Below, piece by piece: positions 37,647 through 51,100 of a stretch of DNA of 64,000 nt (positions are counted from its first letter, which is position 1; every line of letters starts with the position of its first letter). The notes under the pieces are model-generated. The model did not search any database, was not told the origin of the DNA, and worked only from the letters and a program-made list of their open reading frames with translations. The DNA lies in the NCBI GenBank assembly GCA_975705895.1, contig OZ319674.1:4092001-4156000 (forward strand), written 5' to 3'. Position numbers and translations under genes: made by a program. This DNA comes from Pleurozia purpurea (taxonomy: Eukaryota).

Positions 37647-40600
37647 TGTTGAAATGGAAACCCTAAACTCTAAGCTCTAGGTAGGTATTGTGGAGGGAGG
37701 TTTAGGAGGTAGTTAGGGTGGTTAGAGTGGACCCCCAAAACCACCAAGTACCTACCTCAGTCCCTCCACATATATGTACCTTGATCACCCGAATGAAGTA
37801 TCTTGGAGTGTGAGAAGTATATTGTGTGTACCATGAGTTCCAATCCCTCCTTAACACGTTATCAGCACGTGTTCTAGTATGAGCAATTTTTTTCTTCAAA
37901 AGTTGTAGGAGAAATTTCGCAGAAACAGCGAAGTAGATGAGATCGGATGTGTGCCTAGACCCCCGCCTGTTTTTTTTAGAGTTTCCCCCAGATTTTCCCT
38001 TAATTACTACTCCGAGATCCCGTGAAGGTGCTCCATGGTTGCAGAATCATAACCGCTTCTATGTTATGCGGCGCTTACTCGGGACTCCCTTTTGTTTTGT
38101 TGGTCCCCCCCCCCCTGTACAACGTTTTTAATGACTTCTGTACTACTGCGGGAATTGATCTACAGTACAACGTACCTTATGTTCACTTTCAAAATGGTGT
38201 GGCCGAATCCATCATTAAAAGGATCCAAATGATCTCTAGACCCCTGCTTATGGGAACACAGCTACCAGTCACAGCATGGGGGCATGCAGTGCTCCATGCT
38301 GCTACACTACTGAAAATTAGGCCCTCTGCATTTAATAGTCACACACCATATCACCTAGCTTATGGACTACCCCCTAATGTTTCACATTTGAAAGTCTTTG
38401 GGTGTCTGGTCCTTACCCTGATACTCGGCCCTAAGAGAACTAAAATGGGCTTACAAAGGATGAAGGGTATTTATGTGGGCTGTGATTCCCCTTCGATTAT
38501 TCGTTATTTAGAGCCTGGCACCGCTAACCTACTGAAAGCCATATTCCATGACTGCCACTTCTTTGAAGACAGCTTCCCGGTGTTGTTCCCAAGTGAAAAT
38601 CCGGCGAATGCAGCAATAGTAAAAGAACTGAAATGGCAGATAGACAGCGGCCTGTGGGCTGACCCCCGCACACAGCTGATAGAAACAGAAGTGAAACGTC
38701 AACTGCACCTCACCGAAATGATGGAAAAGTTGCCTGACGGATTTAACAACGCAGCAGATGTGACACGGTCACATATTGAAGCAGCAAACGCCCCGGCACA
38801 CCTGCAGCAAACTGAAAAACTGGCAGTCCACCCGGCACCAAGGGCAAAGAGAGGTCGCCCGCCGGGATCCAAGGATGCAAAACCAAGACAGAGGAGAAGT
38901 GCAACCCCGATGGCAAATGAGGGAGACGGCCCTGCAAGGCTGTCAACTGAAACACACGTCGCAGGAGTAACAGAGGTAAAAGATAAAAATGATGAGATTG
39001 CATTACACTATATGCATAATGGAAATCTGTGGGACAGGGAGACAGTAACCATAGATGAACACTTTGCATTCAACATCTTTACTGAAATCACGAATGAGAC
39101 CCCAGACCCACTTACAGTCAAGGAGGCACAACAGCGGCCTGACTGGCCAAGCTGGGAGGAGGCCATTAGCTCTAAGCTGGACTCCTTGATAAGGAGGCAG
39201 GTCTTTGGGCCAATCATCCCAGTCCCACCTGGAACTGTATACACAGGCTACAAGTTCACGTTTGTCAGGAAACGCAATGCAGAAGGGCAAGTAATACGCT
39301 ATAAGGCAAGACTAGTAGCCAAGGGCTACACACAAATCCCAGGAAGGGATTATGATCAGACGTACTCACCTGTAATGGACGCCATTACATATCAGTATCT
39401 CATAAGCTTTGCTCTTGCCAACCACTTGGTATTACATCTCATGGACGTGGTTACTGCCTATTTATATGGCATTTTAGACACGGAGATATACATGCAAGCC
39501 CCCCCCGAATTACTGAGGAGAGTATCCTACCATATCCAGGGGGAGAACTACTAGGCTTGCACCGGACCTTCTGTCCGGAATAAGGCAAATAACTCCTACT
39601 GAGGAGCTGAGAAAGCTGGTCCATGGGAATGGACCTACTGTCCAAATGTGTCAAGCCATACCGGAAATTAAACATAATGCAAAGAATGCACTGCAAGGCA
39701 ATGCTCCTACAGAGCAACCTGCGATAAAGCAGAATGGGGCTGCAGCCCATGACAAAGATGCTGAATACAAACTCAGACAAAGTAAACATAAATCTAGAGT
39801 ACGCAATGCCTATGCGGTGTAGGTTCTGCGATCTATCAATGGACTTAAACAATCAGGCCGCATCTGGTACAAAAGGTTTAAGGCAGAGATGCTGGCACTT
39901 AACTTCGTAAATAATGATATAGCGCCTTGCCTCTTCATTAAGCATGCAGACAGTGAACTGGTGATCTTAGCTCTGTATGTCGACGACATCAACATATTTG
40001 GTACCCCCAACTTAACAGCAAAGACTATCCAGACATTGAGGGGCGTGTTTGAAATGAAGGATTTGGGCAAACCAAACTACTGCCTAGGGATTCAGTTTGA
40101 GTACTTACCTGATGGTATTCTGATTACCCAATCTACATATACTAAAAAGATTTTGCGTCAGTTCAATATGCATAATTCATATCCTGCCAGCACGCCAATG
40201 GACCTGCGCACACTGGACCCCAATAAAGACATGTTCCGTAAACGATTGGAGTCAGAACCAGTGTTAGGAGCAGAAAAACCATATTTGTCTGCAATCGGAG
40301 CATTGATGTATCTGGCGAATCAGACCCGTCCAGATATTGCGTTTTCCGTAAGCCTGTTGGCCAGGCATAGCTCCCAGCCTACCATTCGACACTGGAACGG
40401 GATCAAAAGAGTTTTCAGGTATCTCCAGGGAACAATTGACCTGGGTTTGTTCTATCCTAAAGGCAGAAATGTGGAACTGACGGGCTATGCAGACGCCGGC
40501 TACCTGTCTGACCCTGATGATTCGAAATCTCAAACCGGTTATGTCTTCCTGGCTGGTGAGACTGCAATTTCGTGGAAGAGCTCTAAGCAGACGTTAACTA

Positions 40601-42279
40601 CCACGTCATCGAATCACTCAGAAATTGTGGCACTATATGAGGCTAGCCGGGAATGTCTATGGTTGAGGCAGCTACAAGACTACATCAATAAGTACTCGGG
40701 AAGGCCATTACTGGCCGGTCCTACTATTGTCTATGAAGATAACAGAGCTTGTGTGACGCAGATTGAACAGGGCTACATCAAGGGGGACAGAATGAAGCAT
40801 ATAGCCCCGAAATTCTTTTTCACGCATGAAAATCAGGGGGAGAAAATCACTGTAAAATGGATACCGTCAGCTGAGAACCGTGCATACCTTTTTACCAAAC
40901 CATTACCCCCGGCACTGCATCGAGCACATGTTGACGGAATTGGAATGCGCAGACTTTCCTCCCTAATGCAGAAAGATGAAAAGTAGGGCAAGGTGGGGAA
41001 ACTTATCATTGAGCTGCAGAGTCCGAGGCCGGAAGCCCTGCAGTCTGAACCCGCAGGGTTGACGTTGGTGCGGATGGATCCTCCCCCGTGCCGGCTCCGC
41101 TTATAAATTGTGTCTGATGCCCCCCCCCCTCGCCCCTGCTTTGCTTACGGAAATAGTCGGCTGTCATCTCTTTTTTTTCTCTAGCTGCGGAGCGGAGCTA
41201 AAAAGCCGAAGGTCGGAAGGTTCCACAGTTGACGGACTGTGCAAGACCCAATTGGAAAGCAATTGGACTGAGGTCATACCTAATTGGAAATAAAATGGTC
41301 GACAAAGAAGGATGTTGTTTTTAGACCTGAAGGGATAAGGCATGCGAGGTGATTCGAGCTCGGCGCCTTTCCCCCGTGGTTTTCATTTTCTTTGGTTGCA
41401 GCGGGCTTACTGCCAAACGAGTAGATAGTTGCAACGGTCAGCGGAAGTTTCTAGTGCAGCCGAACGCTGCGCAGAAGGCCGAAGCCGCTTCATGGACGAA
41501 TGGAGGCCGCGGGCGAGTTCGCCCATTAGGCGAAAGGATGCGCCAGGAGCCGACAGCATCCACGGGCGCGCGCAGGGCACAAGGCGCTGACGGTATATAC
41601 GGGAGCGCGAAGCGCAAGGCGCCGACAGTACACGTCGGGGTGTGAACTGCCAGGCCCCGTCAGTGTACATTGGAGCGCGTAGGCGACCCGGCGTTTGGGG
41701 CACCTTGGTTGTGCAGCCCTAAGAGTCTGGGTGGGCCGGTGGCTTACACCCTATGTGTCGTATGACAGGGCGTATTATAAGCCCAAGCATGTATAGGGTA
41801 GATGCGTAAGATATACAGCTCTGGGTATAAAGCCCTTAAATATTATAGCCCTTCAGAAAAACAATGAATGTGTTGTGTTAGCAAATTAGGACTGGTTACC
41901 CCTGATTAAGTAACGCCCAAGGTCCCACTCAAAGTGTAAAGCTGTAGTACTCTTTCCACCAATGAAGGGTGGTTTTAATGAGGCTAAGCTATAGAGTTGG
42001 GAACCAATGGAGTTAGGGTCCTCCATATTTTTGGATGATTTATTTTGCAAAACATCCAAAAAGGGGAAGTGTTGAAATGGAAACCCTAAACTCTAAGCTC
42101 TAGGTAGGTATTGTGGAGGGAGGTTTAGGAGGTAGTTAGGGTGGTTAGAGTGGACCCCCAAAACCACCAAGTACCTACCTCAGTCCCTCCACATATATGT
42201 ACCTTGATCACCCGAATGAAGTATCTTGGAGTGTGAGAAGTATACTGTGTGTACCATGAGTTCCAATCCCTCCTTAACA
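37647..42279 (+). mobile_element. Ty1/Copia LTR retrotransposon (possibly Bianca-like), young and internally deleted
   Basis: 210-bp LTRs at 37647-37856 and 42070-42279 differing at one position that I could see; 5-bp TSD CTTTT; PBS-like CGTTATCAGCACG at 37857; PPT aaaaaggggaag before the 3' LTR; no gag or protease. Confidence 0.95.
38125..40986 (+). pseudogene. Truncated Copia pol (partial integrase, RT, RNase H)
   Basis: QNGVAES, YKARLVAKGYTQ, MDVVTAYLYG, GLKQSGRIWY, LYVDDI, YADAGY and YEDNRAC. Stops and a frame change between 39554 and 39889. Confidence 0.92.
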
Positions 42280-43579
42280 CTTTTCCCTTTTAAATGGCCT
42301 TTTAACATGGGTTTGTAACCGGCTCTTGTAAATTAGGAATCGAATATTTCGAATTATCCGTATATGTATGTATACGTACACGGGCCAAAGAGATACAGAA
42401 ATACCATATACGGCTAATTTTCGAAGGGGTGGCAAATTGAAGCTGTCGAATCGACTCCTGCTGCGCCGAATCGAATCCCGCAGGTTCGAAGCTCGATGGC
42501 TTCGAGCTTTCTTTGAGGCTTCGCAGCGTCGAGGTTTCCTCCGTAAATATACAGTGAGATCGGCTACTAGCCGAATTTGCTCCTGCATCTTCTTTTCCCT
42601 TAAAACTGCATCTCCGTTTCACTTGAAGCACTGTCTTCGATTCGCTTCAAGATAGTTGAAGGCTATGGCTCCCGCTTCACTTGGAATTTTATCGTCCTTC
42701 ACTCGAAGCTCCATATCATGGGTAAATTGGGTAGATTATTTTTCTTTTAACAACGAGAAGACTTGCGACCATTTCGGCATTTCTGTCATGAACTTGTTAT
42801 CTACCGATTTCGCGGGTGCCATATATGTGCAGAATGTCTCTAGGATCGTTTCTGGTCTACTTAACGGTTTGTCCGACTGACAGCCGAGAAATTATTCAGC
42901 GCCTTCTCATGTACTTTCCAGGATTTGCGCCGATTCTGCTCAAGATAGAAAGGCGCCGGTCGGGTAAATACTTCGCTGCTATTGATGTCACAGGCGAAGT
43001 TCCAATTTCAGGAGAAAATCTAAGTCCTCGAGTTCAAAAACGAATTCAGTTCTGCAAACTTGCCAACATTGGTCTGCGTGCCGGTCCAATTCCAGTAGGG
43101 CAATTGAAATCCGCGATTTCAACTGCCGCTTGGAGCTGTGCAAACTTGGCAAATGCGATATTCAACGGATTCGTTTGAAAGCTATGCCCGGCGCATTGTG
43201 TGCTACTTTTCACACACACAGTAAAACGCCACACTCCTCACATTGTTTGCTCCTTAGCGTGCACAGATTCGAAGACTGCGCCCGTGGTCTGCGCATATCT
43301 CCCGCTGCTACTGGAGCCGAAAGCGACCGCAGGCCGAAGCGCGACCAATTCGAAGGCTTTTTATTTATTTATTTATTTTATAATGACTAAACTGCCATTC
43401 TTTCCAACAAGAAATTACTACTTTACCATCGAAATCTCTCTTGTGCACTCGAGAATCGGAATCGTGCGTAATGACTAACCTGCCATCTATTCCATCGAGA
43501 AATTACAATTATACCATCAAAATTTCTTTTATCCAAAACTTCCAATTCTTTTCACATTTACAAGCTCTTTCTAATAACG

Positions 43580-43737
43580 TGTTACAACACAATGATGGTA
43601 CAATCACAACAACTTCAACTCATCTATTGCAACATCAAATATATATACATCCAATCATAGTAACAATGCGAACTACTATGATTAAAGTAATTTTAATTAG
43701 GATAATATTAACTAGGATAGTATGGTATCAATGAACA
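43580..43737 (-). mobile_element. Diverged LTR homologous to 34832-34998
   Basis: tgttacaaca(c/t)aatgatggtacaa...aactaggatagtatggtatcaatg is shared; the adjacent minus-strand cgttattagaaag could be a decayed PBS. Confidence 0.7.
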
Positions 43738-44373
43738 CGGTAATAAAGAATCATCCCACTGCGTGTGTGGCATATGAACTGCAAACTACATAGCAAGATG
43801 AAAGGGAACAAAAAAATTACGTTGATTTCGTCGTGCAGGTGGAATGTTCAAGATTCCACTGACAGTGTGAAACTGACATGTCAAGCTAGCGTTCCATAAT
43901 TACATCTCCCATGCGAAAGTTTCAAACGCAAAGACGTAGTTGGCCTGCATGCGTGGCGATCACCACCTGCTTATCCGATCCAGGTTCACTTGCTTGCCCA
44001 ACAGCCCGTGCGGGTGGCCTGCATTCCTCCTCACCAGAGCACTCATCTCTCACGTCTCTCCCGTCACACGTTTGCCCGGTCCAAAAATCTATTAAACTAG
44101 TATGGTGGTGTGGAGTCAGTATCAAACTGCACCTGTGCAGCCTCACTGCCCTTCGTGTCATTCGCCGGTCAGCTGCTGTCAAGGGCTGAATGAAGCTCTC
44201 AAATTATCTGGCTCTCGGGCAGTTCGAGTGCTGAGCCCGGAATCCTCGAGTCCAGACTCTTTCGCCCGAGTGCAGAATCTGGCAATTCTGACCCGCTGGA
44301 TTCTAGTGGGCAATTAATTAAGCATATCCACCTCCCCAACTAGCGAGATCTGTTCACCTAGTCGTCTCCAGGG

Positions 44374-44934
44374 ATGGCACGAAGAGCAGCTCATTTGAAG
44401 CTCCTGGAACTGGTGGTGGCCATGATGGTGATCCTCGCCACGTGCGTTTTGGTGGCACAGGGCAAGCACCCACCCAAGCACTTCACGCTATATGCCCACG
44501 AGAGTAGAGTGAATGGGACGGCGACGCTCATCGTGTCCGCGGATCCATCCGGGAACGGAACCGGGCGTAATGATTTTGGCCTCATCAGAACCGTGTCAAA
44601 CATCCTCAGGGAAGGGTCGGACAAGAACGGCACCCTCCTCGGCTCCCAGGTGGGCATCGTGGTCGTGGGGCTCGATGGTGCCCCGGTCTACATCAGCTAC
44701 ACGTACTTCTTGAACGCGAACGCCACTCACCAGGGAACGATTGCCGTGCACGGATACATCGGCGGCTTCTCCACCGCCAACAGAGTGTTTGCGGTGGTCG
44801 GCGGCACTGGCGAATTCCAGTCGGTCACCGGATTTGATACGGTTCCATTCGACATACTTGATCCCCCAGACCCGTCCAATGTGGTCAATGTGCATAATCT
44901 CACTCTTCATTATCCCAATCACGACTTGAGTTAG
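44374..44934 (+). CDS. Dirigent-like secreted protein, 186 aa, intronless
   Basis: Hydrophobic signal peptide; dirigent-type motifs HFTLYAHE, FGLIRTVSNILREG, LLGSQVG and FAVVGGTGEFQSVTG; several N-x-S/T sequons; ORF intact. Confidence 0.88.
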   Translation: MARRAAHLKLLELVVAMMVILATCVLVAQGKHPPKHFTLYAHESRVNGTATLIVSADPSGNGTGRNDFGLIRTVSNILREGSDKNGTLLGSQVGIVVVGLDGAPVYISYTYFLNANATHQGTIAVHGYIGGFSTANRVFAVVGGTGEFQSVTGFDTVPFDILDPPDPSNVVNVHNLTLHYPNHDLS

Positions 44935-45174
44935 TTGATCCCACCCACTTCTGTTGAATGGGGGTAAGTGTATCACACTCAGGTGACTCTATGCATAAAT
45001 GTGGAGAGGTGCACTCTCCATTATCGCACTAAATCTTACGAGACGAGCTACTGGATCCAGCCCAGTTGCGTCGATGAATGTCGGCAGGTGTAATTTACAG
45101 TCAGTTCACTCTATGAAGGAATATTGAGAGCCGCTGTATGTGGAAACTCCACTGTGCTACAGCGGAAAGGTCAG

Positions 45175-45435
45175 GACCCGTCCAATGTGGTCAAGGTGTG
45201 GTGGATGTGCACAAATTCACTCTTCATTATCCCAATAACGACATGAGTTGATGGATCGCACCCACTCCTCCATCAACCCACTCCCGTCGATGAATGTGGA
45301 TAGGTGTACCTACACTCAGGGCACTTATGAATAAATGTGAAGAGGCGCATTATCCCACTTACGAGATAAACTACTGCCCGCCCAGTTCCGTCGATGAATT
45401 TCGGTAGGTGTAATTTACAGTCAGTTCACTCTACG
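45175..45435 (+). repeat. Partial tandem duplication of the dirigent 3' end and 3' UTR
   Basis: gacccgtccaatgtggtcaa...cactcttcattatcccaat...ggtgtaatttacagtcagttcactcta matches 44870-45114. Confidence 0.8.
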
Positions 45436-47869
45436 AGTGATTGAACACTCAAATCATATTCTTTTGAGTTCATAAATCTTAGCTTTAAGTCTGTTGTCAA
45501 CCTATAGACTTTAACAAACAATGAGCACTCTATGTTGATCTTTAAGTCCAAAATATGTTGAGCAGGACACATGCTCGACATAGTTTCAGACTAGCTTCCA
45601 CTTTAATAAAGCACTGCACACTCTATTTTGAATTTTGAGGTTAGAATGTTGAGCAGGACATATGCTCGAAATGGTTTCTGTCAGCTACTTCAGTAAAACC
45701 GTGAGCTACTTCAATAACGCAATAAGCACTCCATTTCCGATTTTGAGTTTAGAATGTTAAGAAACTTTAAGGCACATGTTGGGCATGGTTTCTGCTAGAA
45801 GTATCCGTCTCTTTAGGTTTGAGATCTCTAGTTATACACTGTACGGAGGAAATGCCATTGTCTCTTACCTAATGCCATGGTCTTGGGAATTCACAGTCAT
45901 GAAAACGGATTGGAGTTTCCATTCCGATTGTATCCTTCCTGTTCATTATTAAACTCAAAATTCTGAAGATAATGTTAATTACATCATCTTGGCCAAACCT
46001 CACTTGCAACATAATTGTTGGCTAAGCTGCTCATCTTCAAAATTTTCCAATAAGCTCAAACTCGAGTTCATTCGTTGATTTGACATTCACATGTGATGCT
46101 CGTTCTAGAACAAGATAAAACTCATCAGTACAATTGCCAATTATTAATAGATAATGTACGTCAATATCATTCTGTGGTTTTAGAATAGACTCGAGATCAT
46201 TCATTTCCCGGATATCTATATCCGGCTCCTTGAATTGAAATCATTTCGTCAACAACCTTTTGTAATAACTTCAGCAGAAAATCTAGCATGTAGACTTCAC
46301 AACTTGAAAAAGCTTCAGGATTGTGGCGCCCTGACGATCTCAAAATCATGCAGACCTATGATGGGTAAAGTGATCGTTCCTAAATTATAGACAAACAAAC
46401 AAAGACACAATCCTGCCGTGCGACAGGCTCGGCACCAACCAACCAAGTATTCACGTGATCGTTCCAACCATTTCTCCCCTCGCGCATACTGAGATTTTTT
46501 CGTGCTCATATATGATCCCTCTTGTCTCCAAACTAAACGACTCAGATCTGTTTACAAAGTTTCCGGCAGGGATCTCTCCGACCATCACCAGTCAATTGGG
46601 GATATAATAAAGAAACTCGAACCCAAGTTTTCACTTCGGGCCACCAGTAGCTTATCCTCCTAAACACACAAACCACACCTGTGTGTCACGTTATGTGATT
46701 TCATCAGAAAGTTAATATGCACATCGTTAACATGTCGGGCATTTTTCCTTTGCCCTTTCCGAATCGGAAACCCACAAGCAAGACCGCATGCCTTCGCTGC
46801 ATGTTGAGGAGCGCCGACGTGTTTTGCGTCGCGCCTTGGCCTCAGGCGCCTGTCTTGCATGTCAAAATTAATTATGGACGTATAAATGGACGGCCGGTCC
46901 ATGCATGGGGGGCCGGCACGAAAGTAGTGGCGAGGGCGAGTACTGAACTGCAGCCACCCCTTCGGCGATCAAAATGCATGCCGATTTCTGGCACAGACAA
47001 AAAGCCAGAGTCGAAACCATGGCCTCACCAGCCTAGGCCCGTTGCTTCAGTTGCCTTCTTCTTTGCACGCATGTCAGCATGCAATTGCCGATTTGGTAGC
47101 CAGACTCGTCGATCGAGAACCTCGACACTAACGTGGAAGCGCCAGGGCCAACGTGTACACCCTACTAATCCAAGTCACGACATATCCAAGTGCAAATGCC
47201 GTGGTTAAATTTAGGAAGCATCAATTTGAAGACGGAGAGGTTGGTACGTATACAGATTTGGACCCTTCAACTAGGTTGCCCATGCAAAACTGTCAATGTC
47301 TTGATTGTAGCTTATTTTTACTTTCGGTAGTGGTATTGCCATGCAAAAGTGTCAATGAGTTGACTGTAGCTTACTTTTACTTTCGGTAATGGTATTGCGA
47401 ATGAACATGCTGAATATGATGATGATGATGATGAAACCAACCAACCCAGGTTGCCACACAAAGTGTGGATGCGGACCCTCTGCAACTGAGCAACTAACAT
47501 CTGAACAACATGAACACCACTACAATGAAAGAAGGGTTATGACTCGCCCAAGGGCGAGCGGAACCAAACCAGCACTAACTAACTACAGTTTAACCCTGGG
47601 AAAACGGGTTCTACCCCTGCGAGTACCTCTATCCTGCCTGGAATCAGCTTGAGTAAGATTGTTTGATTGTGACTGCGGCTGTGACCGCGACTGCAACTGT
47701 GACTGCATGGTAGGGGGAGTACTGTGGTGATGGGCCCTCTCCAGTTTCACCGCCAGCCTGTACTCCGGAAGTTTTCCAATGTTGAGAATCCACTTTGACA
47801 ATCTGCAAGCCCTCTGGGGATGTGCCAGTGTGTTTCGCAATTCTTGTTGGTTCCCTATTGGGGGTTGCC

Positions 47870-47948
47870 CAACCAAGTTCAGTTCGTCTTGGAGACATGG
47901 ATCCAGTTCATACCGATGAGAGGGAGAATCCTGTTCAGCAGGAGGGTT
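47870..47948 (+). pseudogene. ~80-bp relic of the 3' coding end of a family-A ParB-MTase gene
   Basis: gttcgtcttggagacatggatccagttcataccgatgagagggagaatcctgttcagcaggagggtt matches ~20392-20471. Confidence 0.85.
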
Positions 47949-48121
47949 AACAAGGGACCGGAATAGATGAACTCAAGAATTGAGTTCGAATTTTTTTTAA
48001 ATTTTGGAATATGCAAAAAGAGGCCAAAATCAATTATTTTGCTTACCCTAAAAAACTTAAACATAAAATAATATATTGCAAAAAAACCCGTTGACCAAAT
48101 ATTACAAATTTATTCACAATG
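47949..48121 (-). mobile_element. Family-A copy A3: right end only, inverted, interrupted by A4
   Basis: TIR plus right-end-specific AAGAATTGAGTTC at 47949; matches the reverse complement of ~20765-20937; preceded by GGTT. Confidence 0.88.
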
Positions 48122-51100
48122 AACAAGAAACCGGAATAGATGAACTCGAACACAAAGGGATGAACTCGAGCCAAATTTTGAGAAAATATATCCAAAAAGT
48201 GGCCAAAAACAGGCTTTTCCTAGATGTGATAATTCCGATAGTCTCAAAACATTCATAACCTATAGTCAAAATTGAAATAATTAAGAGAAAAATTTAAGGA
48301 AAAAGATAGAAAAAAAAACATCATCTACAAAAACACACAATTTGCGAACTAAGAATACAATATTAATAAGACAATAAAAAAATATTTTATGAAACATGGA
48401 CTAACCATTTTGAATATAACATATCTTCCAAAATTAAAATCAACAAAGTATCTTATTTCGCAATACACAATAATATCAAAAGATGATGGAGATATTATTT
48501 TGATAAAAGAGCCTAATTCTAATCCCACCATTAATAACTACCTTGAAGTTTAACTTGAAGGTTAACCAGACCCTTGTACATTTAAGTCTTGGTGAAGGAA
48601 AATTAAAAACCTTTGGCTCATCTCTGAAACAATTTAGCAAAAACTAAGGTGTTCTACTCAACAAAATTAACTCTCCCCATCACTTGAGGTCATCAGACTT
48701 CTAATCGAGATCGTATTATCTCAATTGTATCTCTACGCAGCCTTTTTGCAATAGATAGGGAGAAGTTATAAGACAAGATTGTTGTCTTTGAGAGATAAAG
48801 CTCTTGCATTCGAGTTGCAGTCTTGAGCCTTCCAACACTTCTTCTTTGAGATCTCTTCGATCGATCGTCCACCTGATATTCTTCATGATATTTTGCAATA
48901 TATGGATCGTCCTCATGTTTATCACATGCAAACCATCTGATAAAAATTTGATCAGGTGTATCATCCTCTAGCATAACACCAACCCGTTGTACTTGAGCAA
49001 TCCAAAATGGTCGACCGTCTGGACAATTTTCAGCCTCCACACAAATCATGGAACCAACTTCAAGGTCCTTGAAGTCGCCAGTCATTTTCTCCCTTTCTTC
49101 CACAACTCTCGCCGGATTCTTGTAGTTCCCAACATAAATTTCTCTCCTCTCTCTCAGAAGTTCCAAGTCTAAGTCTGCAGGATCAATGGTAGGCACATAA
49201 TTGAAAGAAACGCCTGCAGCCTCCGTCCACTCGCGGCCACGCATGTTGAAAAAATTTGCCACCAAAGGAAGAGGTTCAAGCAAATGTTTGTTGAAATGAC
49301 GTTGCTCTTCAAAAAACTTTTTCCACCAAGTGATGTCAGTCGATGCAAACAAGTTTGACAATGAAAAAATATGATTCTCAATATCAATAAGAAAGATTTC
49401 CATGTCTTCATGACTGAAAGGGGAGTCCGAATTGGTTTTTGAAACCAAAGGCATCTTCTCTCCTCTTTTACGAAGCGGTAGACCTCGAGCCTCGTAAATA
49501 GGTCCGGAAGGAAAGCTTTCCTTGAGAAAATTTACACCACCAATTGGTTCCCATGATACATCCGAGGAAACTTTCTTTGACCATTGGGATGGAACGACAG
49601 AGTTTGAGGTGTTGAGCTTGATGCGAAATTGATGTGAAAAACTCAGGTTCCGGATATTGTTGATGACTATTTTGGGATCCGACAAGGCATAGCGACGGAA
49701 GTCTGGAATGAAATCGACCACAGAAATGGTAGGAGTAGGGCTGTAAGACTCGTGAACCACCTTGATGAATGAATCCAAAGTGAAGGCCTTATTTTTGGCG
49801 AGAGCCTGAGATATCTTACTAAACATCTGATCAATCCTATCATGGGTATGTCCAACAATGAGAAAGTTTATCTTTACTTTTCTGAAAACCTTTGTGTAAA
49901 CTAGAAAATGAAGATAAGACATGAGCAAGTTGTTCTTGTTTTCTCTGGCAGTGTTATCGAGTTGAAGGTAAAGAACAGGGGGTAACGGACCTTCCCACTC
50001 ATTGATGATAGTTTGAATGATGAAAATAGTGAGATTCGCATCGTTCCGATGATTAGGATAGTTCAAGAAAACCCTCGACTTGAAAGTTCCACAGAATATG
50101 TGAACACCCACAAGATGAACATGAATAAAGTAACTCGGGTCCGCAGACTTTGGAACACGGAACCAATGTGGAAGGTTGGTTTTCGATTGGTCCATGCCAT
50201 CCATGACCAACCGAAGGTATTTGTGAGGATGATCTTCGCTCTTCTTGCGATGCTTTTTTGATTTCGTGCGCTCATCGTCTTGATGTTTTAGATGACGTTG
50301 GAGCCCAATTCTTCCACGTTCTGTAAGAAAGGAGAAGAAGTATGAGAAAACAAAACCTAGTTGAAGCTTGGTCGGAATCTTATAAATTCAAAGTGCAAAG
50401 ATCAGAACAGACGCAAAGTTGGAAACCTTCTGGCAAGAAAACACAACTCTTCGCCGGAAATGGCTCAACATTAAATTTCGTCAAAGTCAAGAAGAAAAAT
50501 CTTGATGCATGCATCAAAGCCGTTCAATAGAGAACAAGGTACTCAGACTCCCAACGCAAATTGTGTTTGCGAATGAAGGCGCAGGCAAGATACATGAGCC
50601 CTACCTAATGAAAATCATGTCAAAACCCCAAATACTTCTCATGAATTTCAATCTATAGGAGAACTTGGAAACAAACCTTTGATGCATGCATCAAAGTTTT
50701 CCAAGGGAGTCAAGCCTTTTCAAAAAACAGTGAGCAAAGAAAAGGAGGCTAGCAAAAAACATTTAGATAAAAGAAGACAATAATATCTGGAAAGCATAGA
50801 AACCTGCAGATAGTAAAAAAAGACCCAGACCAAGAAAAAAACATTGATGCGTGCATCAAACTTCTTGATGCATGCATCAAACTACTTGACGCATGCATCA
50901 AGTATCTTAACAAAGAGTCAACAACAACCTGAGCTTGGGACCAAAATGGCATCCGAAAGAAGATGCGAAAGAAAAACAACCGAGTATTATCGTGTAATTA
51001 AACGAATATACGTCTGAAAATATTATCAACGCGAGATAATGCGATGAAGATGAGGACTCATGTGAGCTGTTTAACCCTCGCCAAAAAGAATCTCCACTTC

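Noticed and set aside
42290..43390. Cys-containing short ORFs in a GC-richer block
   Set aside because: No continuous frame or recognisable domain; possibly a decayed TE gene, but unsupported.
34832..43737. A single intact LTR retrotransposon bounded by the two ~165-bp LTRs
   Set aside because: The flanks (caaac versus cggta) form no TSD, the LTRs are substantially diverged and no pol was recognisable; reported only as LTR remnants.
46660..47870. Assorted ORFs and an ATG microsatellite upstream of the A3/A4 stack
   Set aside because: No recognisable motifs or consistent exon structure.
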